Below are positions 11,035 through 20,969 of a stretch of 64,000 bases of DNA, piece by piece. Every line of letters begins with the position of its first letter. Within the stretch, counting starts at the first letter, position 1. The DNA is from a virus. The position numbers and the translations under genes are program-made. Under the pieces are notes generated by a model. It searched no databases. It was not told the origin of the DNA and saw only the letters and a list, made by a program, of their open reading frames with translations. The stretch lies in the UHGV virus genome UHGV-0180032; one strand, 5' to 3'.

Positions 11035-14000
11035 TTAATCGCGAATGATTACCGCCTGCACTTTATTGTTGGTGTCGATAAACGACATTACGCGCTCCTT
11101 GTTAAGATAAGGAGGTATCGGCAACGCAGCATAATCCGCCAGGTTGTTATTAAACTCGGTTGCCACTAACGCATTAAGCGTTTCAGGGTCTGAGCTTGTC
11201 CCGGCCAATTCCACGACGCGTACACGATTTAACGAGGAGTAGTTGCTGATATAATCCAACAGCGTACCGTAGAGTTTATTCCCGGTTATGCTGTCCGCCG
11301 TAGAGCGGATATTGGCACGCACTTCGTCCTCATAAAGTCCCCCTAATCCGTAGTAAATAGGGGTGTACGGATCGTTAACGATAGGCGCGAGGTTGAACCC
11401 GGTTAAACGGTCGGTCAGCGAGATTTTCTGCGTAGTACCACCTGCCGCCGTACAGCTTACGTATTTATCTGCCGCAGACAAATACACCACAATAGTGTAA
11501 ACAGTACCTGCTAAGGTCAGCGTTGCGTTAAACGTTAATTCGTTATTCGCACCACGCGTGTGGGTAAATGTCACATCAGGTTGTAACGTACTCCACGGTG
11601 CTGGGGTAACACGTTTGGTCGGCGTGAAGCCTAACACCACAGATCTCCCGTTACCGAAGTTTAAACCAAACCCGGCGTAACAATACTCACCGTTGCTGTC
11701 AGTTAAACGATAACCACGGGTGATAAGTAACGACAACCGCATAAACTCGTCATCGGTATTTTTCCAGCAACCCAGGATGGTTTCTAGCACCGTACCGGTT
11801 TTTGCGTTGCTTTCGGTTTCCCAACTGACTCGCATCCCCGTATTGTTAAATACTGGGAACAGGTTGTGGATAAACCCGTGAACGTTATCACTTACCCCTT
11901 TCGCATCAAACACCCACTTCGACGCAAGCTGGTCGTATTTCACACCGTCGAGTGCTTTATATCCGCCGCCAACCACATAACGCCAGTCTGCTTCACCACG
12001 CACAACCGCTTGAAGTCCAGAAGCCCAGCAGGGCGCACCTACTGTTAAATTGCTTAACCCCAGCACTGCACGTGAAGCAGAACGCTGAATGTGTGCGTTG
12101 TCATTAGCGACATGGTCTTTCAGCTCACGGAAATCCCCTAACCGTGTCACGTTACGTAGTTCAGTAACGAACACTTCAGAAAGGTCGTTAATACCGATCA
12201 ACCCCACGCGCGTCATGATATCCGTTTCAGCCTGACTGTAGCTGTCGTGAATAATGTACTTCGCTTTGTTATCGACAATGTCAACAAAAATCCCTGCGTA
12301 AACTTCCTTATTCAGATTCGGGAAACGTTCGGTAACGTTAACCGACATCAACGGTACGTTGTACGTTTCACCACCAATGAAATACGTGGAAGCAGGAAGT
12401 GTCACCAGGATTTTGTCTTTAACCGTAACGTCAATTAAGTCGTTACCGGACTTACCAAAGCGAATAATGTCAACTCGCGCACCCGAGTCAACCCCGCCGA
12501 CGGTATTCTCCAGTTTTTCAATCTGGGAAGTCTGCGCCATCACCACACTACTATCGAGTGCTAAAGTGACATCATCCACATCCAGACCGAACTTAATCAG
12601 ACCCCGTTTCGTGGTGTCTGCGTTTTCAACACCGAACACAGAAGACGGGTGTTGGTGAACCTTCGGTGAGTATTTGTCTAACTCAGTCTGCTGTGCAACA
12701 GAAATCGGCAAGTCGAGGTCCGGGGTATTCGCAACATTACCTAAACCAAAGGTAATTTTGTCGATAGTCACCGAACTGGTAAGCTGCATGTCGTTGATAT
12801 ACGACTTGGCAGCAACTAACTTACCGGTAAACTCTGCGTCTAGTTTTTCAATTAACGCGGGTGTAGCTGCAAGGTTTTCAGCCGTACCGAATTCGTCCGT
12901 TAACTGCCAGCAGGCTAACGTTGTGACGTCGTTGGCAACCGGAAGGATAAACGTTGCGACAAACGGTGATGCTTTAATCCCGCTGCCAGTAAGTTCCACG
13001 GTAGACGTCGACGCACCGTAGAACAGACCTGTACCGCCTGCGGTATTACCCGGCAAATACGGACCGACCGTAGTGGGGTCTAAGAGTTTCTTACCACGCC
13101 ACAACAGTCCACGGTCATCGGGGTATAGCACAAGCTGGTTATCGCCTGCCTGTAACGTAACAGGGTTGTTACCCGCATTAACATCGGTGGAGCCTTGACC
13201 GATAAACTTAATGGACTTCGGATCAACGACGAACTGGGCACCTAAACGTTTTTCGTCAACTACACCAGGTGCTTTCTTAATGGTAACCGTGTTACCTTTG
13301 TTTTGCGAACTAATAGAGACGCCGTCAGCAACATTATTGATCAGCGATTTAAAGTGATACCGATTCTCTAATGCTTCTAACGCAGAGTCCATGTTATCGA
13401 AGTTAATCCGGGCGCTATACGTTTTACCGTTTACGGTAATAACGGCGTCAAACACGTTCCCTGTACGCTTCAGTTGAAAACGCAGCGTAAAATCCCCATC
13501 CGGTATTGCTGGATCAGGAGCTTGAGAAATATACCGAACTGACGGTACCGGACTCCCGTAACCGTGCAACGACAGTTCGATAGTAAGAGTACCACCCCAG
13601 ACTTCACCGAAAATCTCTACGTACTTACCGGAGTTACTACCGGGATTTTCGTAGAAACGTAAACCGGCCCTACCGACTGCCTCATTACCAGACGCTGTTT
13701 TACGTCCAGTAACAATAAAGTCAATATCTTGCAGGTTAGCGGGTACCGCATTAAAAGAAGCACTAAATCCATTCTTCGTTCCTGTGTAACGAAGCGCGCC
13801 GTGATACGTGCGGCCTTGACTAACATAGCTTTCGCTAAAATAAGGACTCACGTATTTAGACATCGAAACCGGATCAACTTCTGTCGTGAACGAAGTAAAA
13901 CCGGGCAGCGTTCCAATGGTTCCGTCGGCCGTTTTCGTAGTTGACGTGCGCAGTAGTTTCTTTTGCGCAGCCAATGTTGCTTGCGTTGGATACTTAGCAT

Positions 14001-15357
14001 TAACATAATCTGTTAACTGCGGCTTCGTTTTTCCGTAAGCTAACGCTGTATCCGTCGCAATACCATTCAACTCTAACGCACGGATCGGGCCCCACGTATC
14101 GTTGTGCGGGTTGTCCTTACGTGTAACGTGTTCGTGCGCAGGTGCGTTGCGATAGAGCTGTTCTACTAACTGATGGTACTTAACGATTAGCTGATAAACG
14201 TCATTACTTACGTCTGCTTCTGGCGCACCAGGTAACGCAAGGAATTGAGCGTAATCGTTTTCAGCCGCCCACCAGTTTAAGTTAACGTTGGTTTTGTATT
14301 TCAGCCACTTCGCAACATCCGTTTTGGTGTAACCTGCTGAAAATTCGTCTGGCGGTGTGTCAACGTTAAAGGTGTAGTCCATGGACTGTTTGTTAGTCGT
14401 CACCTCGATAACGTATACACCGTTACCCGGTTGACGAACAACGCTAAACGTTAACTCGCCTTTTAATTCGTCGTCGGTCAAACCGTTGATTAACGTATAA
14501 TCATAATCGGTCGAACCGCTGCCTAACGCAACCGTCAGTCGTAGACCGATTTTACGTTGTTTTAATTGGAGACGAAGGATACTTGCACCACCGTTCGCGT
14601 AGCACAGCATCCAATCGATTTGTTCGTTCGGGTTAATACTCCCCATGTTCGGAAAAATAGCCGGGATACGGTATTTCATCGACAGGGAATATTCATTTAA
14701 CGTGGTGGTTTTGTACGTAACGGAGAAACGACGTTTAGCGGTGTTGTAAGTATACCCACCTTTGTTGTCGTACGTTGCGTACTGTTCAGATGTGATAACC
14801 GTACCATTAGCACGGTGTTCGATATCTAACGTGTTACGTGCAATCGGGTCTACCCGATTCACCACGTTACCTAACGAATCACCTAAGCCTGCAATGGCCT
14901 GCATTAATTCCAGTTCACCTTTCCAGTTTTCCCAGTCGAACTGAATGTCAACCGGTGGAAAGTAAACGTCGCCGATAACGGTATCCCATTGACACGCAGA
15001 CGGGTATTTATCTTTATTGAGTTCGCGTTCTGCGGTAATCTGTTCTTGGGTCGCTTCACCACAACCTACGGCGTGGTAATCTACCGTGAAATTCGATTTG
15101 TATTTGTCGTTAACAATCCAAATCATCCCGTGCACGAGATAGGCTGTGCGCAACATACCGGTCTCGTACGGGTGTGTAATAACGTAATCGTCGCCTAAGG
15201 TCAGTATTTTGCCGCCGCTCTTGACCACCAGGGATGTGGTGAAAAAAGGGGCGTGGGCAGGTACCAACATTCGGTACTTCGTACCAATGACGGCGACCGC
15301 TTCACCGGTTATTTTATTCCCCGGTTCTTTGAAGTGTGGGTCTAGGACGACAGCCAT
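11035..15357 (-). CDS. giant virion fibre/tailspike-like protein (1440 aa)
   Basis: Uninterrupted 4.3-kb ORF, first gene of the minus-strand operon; AGGAG RBS; N-terminal motif (HAPFFTT...GDDYVI) shared with neighbours. Confidence 0.55.
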   Translation of the reverse strand: MAVVLDPHFKEPGNKITGEAVAVIGTKYRMLVPAHAPFFTTSLVVKSGGKILTLGDDYVITHPYETGMLRTAYLVHGMIWIVNDKYKSNFTVDYHAVGCGEATQEQITAERELNKDKYPSACQWDTVIGDVYFPPVDIQFDWENWKGELELMQAIAGLGDSLGNVVNRVDPIARNTLDIEHRANGTVITSEQYATYDNKGGYTYNTAKRRFSVTYKTTTLNEYSLSMKYRIPAIFPNMGSINPNEQIDWMLCYANGGASILRLQLKQRKIGLRLTVALGSGSTDYDYTLINGLTDDELKGELTFSVVRQPGNGVYVIEVTTNKQSMDYTFNVDTPPDEFSAGYTKTDVAKWLKYKTNVNLNWWAAENDYAQFLALPGAPEADVSNDVYQLIVKYHQLVEQLYRNAPAHEHVTRKDNPHNDTWGPIRALELNGIATDTALAYGKTKPQLTDYVNAKYPTQATLAAQKKLLRTSTTKTADGTIGTLPGFTSFTTEVDPVSMSKYVSPYFSESYVSQGRTYHGALRYTGTKNGFSASFNAVPANLQDIDFIVTGRKTASGNEAVGRAGLRFYENPGSNSGKYVEIFGEVWGGTLTIELSLHGYGSPVPSVRYISQAPDPAIPDGDFTLRFQLKRTGNVFDAVITVNGKTYSARINFDNMDSALEALENRYHFKSLINNVADGVSISSQNKGNTVTIKKAPGVVDEKRLGAQFVVDPKSIKFIGQGSTDVNAGNNPVTLQAGDNQLVLYPDDRGLLWRGKKLLDPTTVGPYLPGNTAGGTGLFYGASTSTVELTGSGIKASPFVATFILPVANDVTTLACWQLTDEFGTAENLAATPALIEKLDAEFTGKLVAAKSYINDMQLTSSVTIDKITFGLGNVANTPDLDLPISVAQQTELDKYSPKVHQHPSSVFGVENADTTKRGLIKFGLDVDDVTLALDSSVVMAQTSQIEKLENTVGGVDSGARVDIIRFGKSGNDLIDVTVKDKILVTLPASTYFIGGETYNVPLMSVNVTERFPNLNKEVYAGIFVDIVDNKAKYIIHDSYSQAETDIMTRVGLIGINDLSEVFVTELRNVTRLGDFRELKDHVANDNAHIQRSASRAVLGLSNLTVGAPCWASGLQAVVRGEADWRYVVGGGYKALDGVKYDQLASKWVFDAKGVSDNVHGFIHNLFPVFNNTGMRVSWETESNAKTGTVLETILGCWKNTDDEFMRLSLLITRGYRLTDSNGEYCYAGFGLNFGNGRSVVLGFTPTKRVTPAPWSTLQPDVTFTHTRGANNELTFNATLTLAGTVYTIVVYLSAADKYVSCTAAGGTTQKISLTDRLTGFNLAPIVNDPYTPIYYGLGGLYEDEVRANIRSTADSITGNKLYGTLLDYISNYSSLNRVRVVELAGTSSDPETLNALVATEFNNNLADYAALPIPPYLNKERVMSFIDTNNKVQAVIIRD

Positions 15358-15424
15358 TATCTACTCCTATAGTCCGTGGGCGTCGAGTTCATACTATGAC
15401 TTGAATCTATTGAGGAAAAGAGCT

Positions 15425-16687
15425 GTGACTACTGCTTATCAAGTGCGGCCTGACAGCGCTTTTGGCTTCTCTCGTGAGACCCGTACCTGGGGAGCCATCG
15501 ACGTCACGCAACCCTTAGAAACCTTGTGTTCTGATTACCATATTTTCGAAGTCGGTCTGAGTGCGCTTGGTAGAGACTATACGTTAATTAGCCAATATCA
15601 CCTCGCTGACTTACAAAACCGTACCGATACGTTACAAGACTGGCTGAATGAAAAAGCCGGTGTGGTTATCTCTGCGTTGAAAGACGGTTTACCGACGTTA
15701 GAGTTTGATTGGGCACACTACCAATCGATTAATGCCGATGTTCCAGTAGAAACCTACCTGTGCCCTCCTGGTTATCACTACAGTCAAGAATTCAGTATAG
15801 ACGATGCTGACGACGTTGTGGTGGTGTGTGAAGATAAATGGAAAGACAAGTACCGTAACGGGGTGTTGTACAACATCAACGGACAGTGGGTGCCGCATCA
15901 ATCCGATACTGTTGGTGTACGTTTACCGGGTGCAGGTAAAATAGTACGTCGCGCAGGGACACCGGATATCGGGTGTATGGTCTTTAGTAAATTGGGGAAT
16001 GTTAAAACGTACCCCATTGCTAATTTGACCTTAAACAAACTCGACACCACTCGCGACTATTACTCCACGTTAATGATTTCTTTACCGGAATCTATTACAG
16101 GTAAAACCGTGGGGTTTGTTATCGGGGGATTGATACACTGGTTACCGGTTACTGGGTACTTCTCCGACAAAGCCATTATGGTATCGCTACCGAACTTTGA
16201 CGTTGCGCGTACGGTGTTAGAAACCCGACGTTATTACGACTGGGACAGCATTGGCGTGGGTGATTTGTCATCACCGACCAACGTACAGCGTATCCGTAAC
16301 CCAGAAACGTTAAAGGCGCTTTTAACCCACGAGTCGTCGTTTATCTTTACGGTGGATAATCCGTATCTGGAAGAAGAAGTTGTGGGGGTTTCTCACAACG
16401 CTATCTGGGGGCGTTTATACCTTAAAGATCCTACTGACCCTGATGGGGAAAAACAACTGGGGTATCTGTTAAACCGCTTCGGTAAAACCGTTGCCTATTG
16501 GCCGACGTGGGAAGAAGGAGAATGGGTATTTAACACCACGGAGTTCGACAGTCAAAACTACGTGTTCCGTGAAGCCCGCTGGTATAACCAGAATAAAATT
16601 AACGATGCACAGGCAATCGTAGGGCCTTTCGGTCCCTGGGAAAAAGTCTATTTAGAAATGCATCGTTTCCGTGCAAGAAAAAAATAA
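15425..16687 (+). CDS. hypothetical protein (420 aa)
   Basis: Long ORF; GTG at 15425 preceded by GAGGAAAA is preferred because the ORF-track start at 15209 would overlap the divergent gene ending at 15357; followed by a strong terminator. Confidence 0.5.
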   Translation: MTTAYQVRPDSAFGFSRETRTWGAIDVTQPLETLCSDYHIFEVGLSALGRDYTLISQYHLADLQNRTDTLQDWLNEKAGVVISALKDGLPTLEFDWAHYQSINADVPVETYLCPPGYHYSQEFSIDDADDVVVVCEDKWKDKYRNGVLYNINGQWVPHQSDTVGVRLPGAGKIVRRAGTPDIGCMVFSKLGNVKTYPIANLTLNKLDTTRDYYSTLMISLPESITGKTVGFVIGGLIHWLPVTGYFSDKAIMVSLPNFDVARTVLETRRYYDWDSIGVGDLSSPTNVQRIRNPETLKALLTHESSFIFTVDNPYLEEEVVGVSHNAIWGRLYLKDPTDPDGEKQLGYLLNRFGKTVAYWPTWEEGEWVFNTTEFDSQNYVFREARWYNQNKINDAQAIVGPFGPWEKVYLEMHRFRARKK

Positions 16688-16692
16688 GTAAC

Positions 16693-16734
16693 CTCCTACC
16701 CTCTTAGAGGGTAGGAGTAGCACGTTTTTTTTTT
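16693..16734. terminator. bidirectional intrinsic terminator
   Basis: Stem CTCCTACCCTC/AGGGTAGGAG with TTAG loop followed by T10; sits between convergent gene ends 16687 and 16738. Confidence 0.75.
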
Positions 16735-16737
16735 CAC

Positions 16738-16947
16738 TTAGTCTTTTTTGTAGACGATCGCGTTACCGTGCAGTTTGTTGTTACCGGAAATACCGATAAC
16801 TTTAAACGCTTCACCGCCGATCTTTTCAGCTTCGACAGCCAGCTTAGCAGTAACGTCGTCTACGGTGTCACCGAAAGCGCTTACGTTACCAATTTTCTTG
16901 AACTCTTCAGGAATGTGTTCGGCAGAAGAGAATTCTTTAATAGCCAT
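16738..16947 (-). CDS. BhsA/YdgH-like (DUF1471) small protein lacking a signal peptide
   Basis: 69-aa ORF with GGAGAG RBS; C-terminal ...KVIGISGNNKLHGNAIVYKK resembles the BhsA/YcfR ...SFRITSVTGPNTLHGTAVIYK motif as recalled from memory; no N-terminal hydrophobic leader. Confidence 0.5.
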   Translation of the reverse strand: MAIKEFSSAEHIPEEFKKIGNVSAFGDTVDDVTAKLAVEAEKIGGEAFKVIGISGNNKLHGNAIVYKKD

Positions 16948-17147
16948 AGCTACTCTCCAGTTAAAGAAAGGAAGGACTGTATCGTGTTACAACCAAAGCA
17001 TAAGATAGCTCCTCCCGGAAGGGAGGAGTAGAGTGCGCGAAAAAAGTGGCCTGCTTAACTAAACGACGAGGTTTAAGAAAAGTGTTGATAAGAAGCTTAC
17101 CAACGTCAGGTCACAATATATAATACCAACGTAAGAAAAAGGGGAAA

Positions 17148-18113
17148 TTAGCGCGGGCCTGAAGTTGGACCATGTACACCGTCGTGGATGTGTACGCTGA
17201 AGGTAATACCGGAAATCACCGCATCCTTAACCGTAAAGACACCCACACCTTCACCCGTACCACCGTATTTGAAGTTCTTAGCAACTTCCAAATTACCGGT
17301 GAACATTGCTTCATTACCCTCTTGCTTAAAGTTCGGCGTTTTATACGTTGTGGAACCGGAGGCTTCGGTTAGCCACGTTTCTGTTTTAAAGGTAACCGAT
17401 TTCGACGCTTCGGTATTCCGAACTTCGCATTTCTCATTAATCGTTTTCGTTTCCAGGTTAATCGAACGTTTTGCGTAAATGAACGCATCCTCTTTGTTGA
17501 TGTTCACTTTCGAGAGCATCGCGTTCTCAAAACCTAAATCGTCTTCCACCGAGTTAATGTAATACTTATTCCCTTTATGGTCAACGCACTGCCACGATCC
17601 GTTAGCGTTATCGAATTGGAATAACCACGCCGCTTTCTCCCCGTTCACCATGCTTGTTCTTAGGGTAACGTGTTTGTCAATCGTTGAGACGTTTAACACA
17701 TACGCGTTCGACAAGTCATCCGCCATCTGGTTTTCAGGGTCAGCAGACCACGCGTAAACCGCATCCTCTAATCGCTTAACGTTAGCGAAATTCAAATCAA
17801 TCCAAAAATAAATATCAGTTTGCCCTAGACGTAGCAGAATAACGTAATCTTCACGCTTAACGTCTGGGGAATTAATTCGGTTGGAATTAAACTTCCACCA
17901 CTTTGCAGTAATCGTGTTACCGGTTTTAATCGTTAGGTTGTCGGTAGCACCCCCGGCTTCGTGTACCTTTTCAGCGGTTGAAGAAACGGATTGTACAACG
18001 GTAGGGTTCGCAAAGTTGGTTTCAATGGGAATAACACTCACCCGATCCGTACCACGAGGTTTATCTTCCGCGACGATACCAATCGAGAAAAAGTCAACGC
18101 TGGATTTCTCCAT
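17148..18113 (-). CDS. hypothetical protein (321 aa), possibly virion-associated
   Basis: ORF on the structural-gene strand; C-terminal H-x-H-x-G-x-H-GP motif; no assignable domain. Confidence 0.45.
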   Translation of the reverse strand: MEKSSVDFFSIGIVAEDKPRGTDRVSVIPIETNFANPTVVQSVSSTAEKVHEAGGATDNLTIKTGNTITAKWWKFNSNRINSPDVKREDYVILLRLGQTDIYFWIDLNFANVKRLEDAVYAWSADPENQMADDLSNAYVLNVSTIDKHVTLRTSMVNGEKAAWLFQFDNANGSWQCVDHKGNKYYINSVEDDLGFENAMLSKVNINKEDAFIYAKRSINLETKTINEKCEVRNTEASKSVTFKTETWLTEASGSTTYKTPNFKQEGNEAMFTGNLEVAKNFKYGGTGEGVGVFTVKDAVISGITFSVHIHDGVHGPTSGPR

Positions 18114-18132
18114 TAGGTCGTTCCTTAGATCG

Positions 18133-18155
18133 GAAATGTAATCAGATATATTTTA
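18133..18155 (+). promoter_or_regulatory. conserved promoter-like motif, copy 1
   Basis: CAGATATATTTTACTTAGGTGAG; immediately followed by a 10-bp-stem hairpin (18157-18183). Confidence 0.4.
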
Positions 18156-18501
18156 CTTAGGTGAGTAGGGGCTGAACTCGCACTTCAGCCCCTATGGGCA
18201 CGTTTCTTTCGAAACGGAGTTACCACGTGATTAGGAGACAGACCAATGTCTACTGAGAAGAAAAGCGGATTGGACGAAGTCATCGAACTGTTCAAACGCT
18301 ACAACCCGGCTATTCCTCGGTAATCATAGTATTACTTAAAATTTACAGATTGACCCTTTATTCTGCTACTCGGGATACCGGTAGGGGGTAGGGGGCAATA
18401 TGTATACGGATATAAATAGCGGAGGTATACGTAGTATACCGACATACTCTTCCCAGAGGAACGTAGTGACTTCCTTATTCCTTTTTAGGAGAATAAACCC
18501 C

Positions 18502-19239
18502 ATGAGAGACTTAATTGACGATATCTTTACCAATACCAGTTTAGAGCTTTCTTCTACGGTGGTTAACGATCTAATAGGGCAACCGTATCCTGCTAAGTTA
18601 ATGTCAGTCGGTACCATTAAACCCGAAGATTATCCAGACAATGACATTATCGACTGTATAATTGACGAATACACGATAGCCAGTTACGCCAGCCGGGTCT
18701 TCTTTGTTCTTAATAGCGAAACCAGTGTCATTTTAATCTATAAGTTGATTAGTGGTGCTGAACTTGAAGTTGTAGCCGACCACATTCGTCTTATTGCGAG
18801 TACGATTGATGATTTCGCTGTTGCGCTTTTTGGAGACAGTTGGCCTTTGCAACCCCTGTTCGCTTACTTCCCACTGTTTAAGCATGGAATAGGGTTAATC
18901 CGACATACAGAAACCCTTCCCGATAACGTAGAGCTATCGCTGCTTGGACCCGGCATCGATCTTTATCCATTAAAAGACGAGGGCACGCTATATGGTTTGC
19001 GCATTTATGTTTCTCTGTTAGAGGGATACCGCGTTATTGAATTGATTGCATCAGATTTAGCAAAACAGATCCCTGAAGTAGAAACGATTTCTAAAGCCAC
19101 CCACCAGGTTGAGATTAACCTAGGCGATCCCTTATTGAAATATCACAAAGAAATTGACCTTCGTAAAATCGCCACAACAAGAGGGTGGGGGTGTGCTGAG
19201 GTTACGAATGGCTATCTGTTATTAATTAAAACCGCGTAA
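18502..19239 (+). CDS. hypothetical protein; member of a tandem paralog family with C-terminal GW...LL motif
   Basis: ATG at 18502 with AGGAGA upstream; alternative ATG at 18400 possible; C-terminus RGWGCAEVTNGYLLLIKTA resembles the ends of the next three genes. Confidence 0.45.
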   Translation: MRDLIDDIFTNTSLELSSTVVNDLIGQPYPAKLMSVGTIKPEDYPDNDIIDCIIDEYTIASYASRVFFVLNSETSVILIYKLISGAELEVVADHIRLIASTIDDFAVALFGDSWPLQPLFAYFPLFKHGIGLIRHTETLPDNVELSLLGPGIDLYPLKDEGTLYGLRIYVSLLEGYRVIELIASDLAKQIPEVETISKATHQVEINLGDPLLKYHKEIDLRKIATTRGWGCAEVTNGYLLLIKTA

Positions 19240-19264
19240 GTAAAAACCTAAAGGAGAAAATATC

Positions 19265-19804
19265 ATGATTAGTATCGAAATGAAACAACAAGTTATTGAA
19301 TTTATTAACCGGGGCGTGGGTAAACATCGTTTTGAAAACCCGTACAATATATTGTCTAACGTTATCCAACCGGGTACATTGATCACTGGTATTGAAGTAG
19401 AAAAAATCAGCGAAGATGCTGTGCTTTATTATCGCGGTTACGGGGATAGCTTTACCGAATTATTCCGTAAACTGTTTTCCGGTACCGGATGGAAAGTGAC
19501 GAGCGCGTCCTACGACGGTGGCGCGGATGTTGTTACGCTTCTAGACACGGGGAAAGCACTCTATATCGTGAACTTTACTTTCGCAAGACGCTACGCGTAT
19601 TTCCCGAACCCTCTTACGTGTACGTTAAGTAACCCAGGATTACTGTTGACAGATAAAGAAGCGGAAACACTACTTACAGAACTGAAGAAGGACGGTTGCG
19701 ACGCTGGCGATTGGGAAACATTGGTAGGGACAGCAAAAGCACACGGTTGGTATACCGTGCGTAATCTCGGTCAGCAGTTGTTGTTCTTAGCTTATAATGT
19801 TTAA
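19265..19804 (+). CDS. hypothetical protein; paralog family (C-terminal HGWYTVRNLGQQLLFLA)
   Basis: 179-aa ORF, AAAGGAGA RBS; shared C-terminal motif. Confidence 0.55.
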   Translation: MISIEMKQQVIEFINRGVGKHRFENPYNILSNVIQPGTLITGIEVEKISEDAVLYYRGYGDSFTELFRKLFSGTGWKVTSASYDGGADVVTLLDTGKALYIVNFTFARRYAYFPNPLTCTLSNPGLLLTDKEAETLLTELKKDGCDAGDWETLVGTAKAHGWYTVRNLGQQLLFLAYNV

Positions 19805-19815
19805 AGGATAATATC

Positions 19816-20943
19816 ATGCATATTTGCCATAACGCACCGTCGCACAGACTTTATCTTGAAATGCTTTTCGAGGACTACAAGAAAGGGGTGCCGAAAATAT
19901 TACTTAGCATCTCAGGTGCCACGCAAACTGAATTGTTCGGTCGTGTTTTTGGTTGTACCGTTAACGCTTTGCCAGAACCAATCTGTGCACCTGTGGATGT
20001 TTGTGTTTTCGACGAGCGAATTGAGGATTTTCAATTCACCTTTTACGTAAATGATTCTTTACCGTACGACAAACTTTACGTTCGTGAGTTGAAATCAAAT
20101 CAGCGGTTAATGTACCGCGTCTATCCACCCCACAAATGGTCGGTGCTAGAGTATAAAATCAGGCGGCTACCTTACGAGGGTGTGCAATTACTCGACCAGC
20201 AGGATATGGCTTTTCTGGAAGAACTTTGCGGATTTGAAATTGAGAAGATTCACGTAACCCAGGAAATATCCCGAAACGTACCTAGTCGTCATACCCCTAA
20301 CGGTGGATTTCCGTACGAGTTCACCGACACAGGACTAAGGCTCGTAACCGAATTTAACGACGTAATGTATTACGCAGTGTGTATTGAACGTAAAGTAGTG
20401 GAGAAAGAAATGGCAAGTACATTGAAAGAAGAATTAGCCCAATTCATTCGTGATGTTGAAGAGAAAAGCAAGAGCGATCACATATTCTCACAACGCTATC
20501 CTGAACTTATTGACGAAACCACCGATAGTGTCGTCGACGGTATACGCATTTTCCCAAGTGGTCTTGCAATCTACCGACTACCTAGCGTTAACCAGCTTAA
20601 AGTCATGGAAATGCTAAAAGACGTTTTAGCAGAAGCGGGTTGGGAATATCGCTTCGATTGCAATTTCGAAGGGATGGCGTTATTCGTTACAAAGAAAAAC
20701 TATACCTTGTCAATCGATCTACCTAAAAGTCAATATTACAGTTTCTTCCCGAAAGCGGATGACCGCACTGAAAAAGAACCTGCGATGTTACTTGATGCGG
20801 CAGAATCCAATACGTTAATGGTGCGTCTGCGGTCAATTGACAAAAAGTTAAACACCAGTCATTTAACGACGATCGGTAAAGATTACGGTTGGAAATCTGT
20901 CGAACCGTACGGCAGTCAGCTGCTGTTTGTTGCTGACCTTTAA
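19816..20943 (+). CDS. hypothetical protein; paralog family (C-terminal YGWKSVEPYGSQLLFVA)
   Basis: 375-aa ORF; shared C-terminal motif; followed by a terminator hairpin. Confidence 0.55.
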   Translation: MHICHNAPSHRLYLEMLFEDYKKGVPKILLSISGATQTELFGRVFGCTVNALPEPICAPVDVCVFDERIEDFQFTFYVNDSLPYDKLYVRELKSNQRLMYRVYPPHKWSVLEYKIRRLPYEGVQLLDQQDMAFLEELCGFEIEKIHVTQEISRNVPSRHTPNGGFPYEFTDTGLRLVTEFNDVMYYAVCIERKVVEKEMASTLKEELAQFIRDVEEKSKSDHIFSQRYPELIDETTDSVVDGIRIFPSGLAIYRLPSVNQLKVMEMLKDVLAEAGWEYRFDCNFEGMALFVTKKNYTLSIDLPKSQYYSFFPKADDRTEKEPAMLLDAAESNTLMVRLRSIDKKLNTSHLTTIGKDYGWKSVEPYGSQLLFVADL

Positions 20944-20969
20944 TAAGTGAAAATACACTTTCTCTAACT

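Noticed and set aside
8496-13021. Plus-strand ORFs of 99-127 aa embedded in the giant minus-strand genes (for example 8496-8879, 9586-9954, 12359-12658, 12674-13021)
   Set aside because: They lie antisense inside long uninterrupted coding sequence, have no RBS and are most likely frame artefacts.
15209-15424. ORF-track start at 15209 for the plus-strand gene
   Set aside because: It would overlap the start of the divergent minus-strand gene (15357) by about 150 nt; an internal GTG at 15425 with a GAGGAAAA RBS is more plausible.
17008-17028. Hairpin CTCCTCCC-GGAA-GGGAGGAG considered as a terminator
   Set aside because: The T-run lies on the wrong side of the stem for either strand, so it is more likely a 5'-UTR structure of the minus-strand gene 16738-16947.
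18133-18155. Resemblance of the promoter-like motif (TTAGGTGA core) to single-subunit T7/SP6-type promoters
   Set aside because: Similarity is limited to a short core; no RNA-polymerase gene is visible in the window and the gene content is T4-like, so this is probably coincidental.
18411-18418. TATAAATA octamer as a T4-type late promoter
   Set aside because: It is a single occurrence about 85 nt upstream of a non-structural plus-strand gene and no similar octamer was noticed upstream of the structural genes; kept only as a note inside the 18114-18501 finding.
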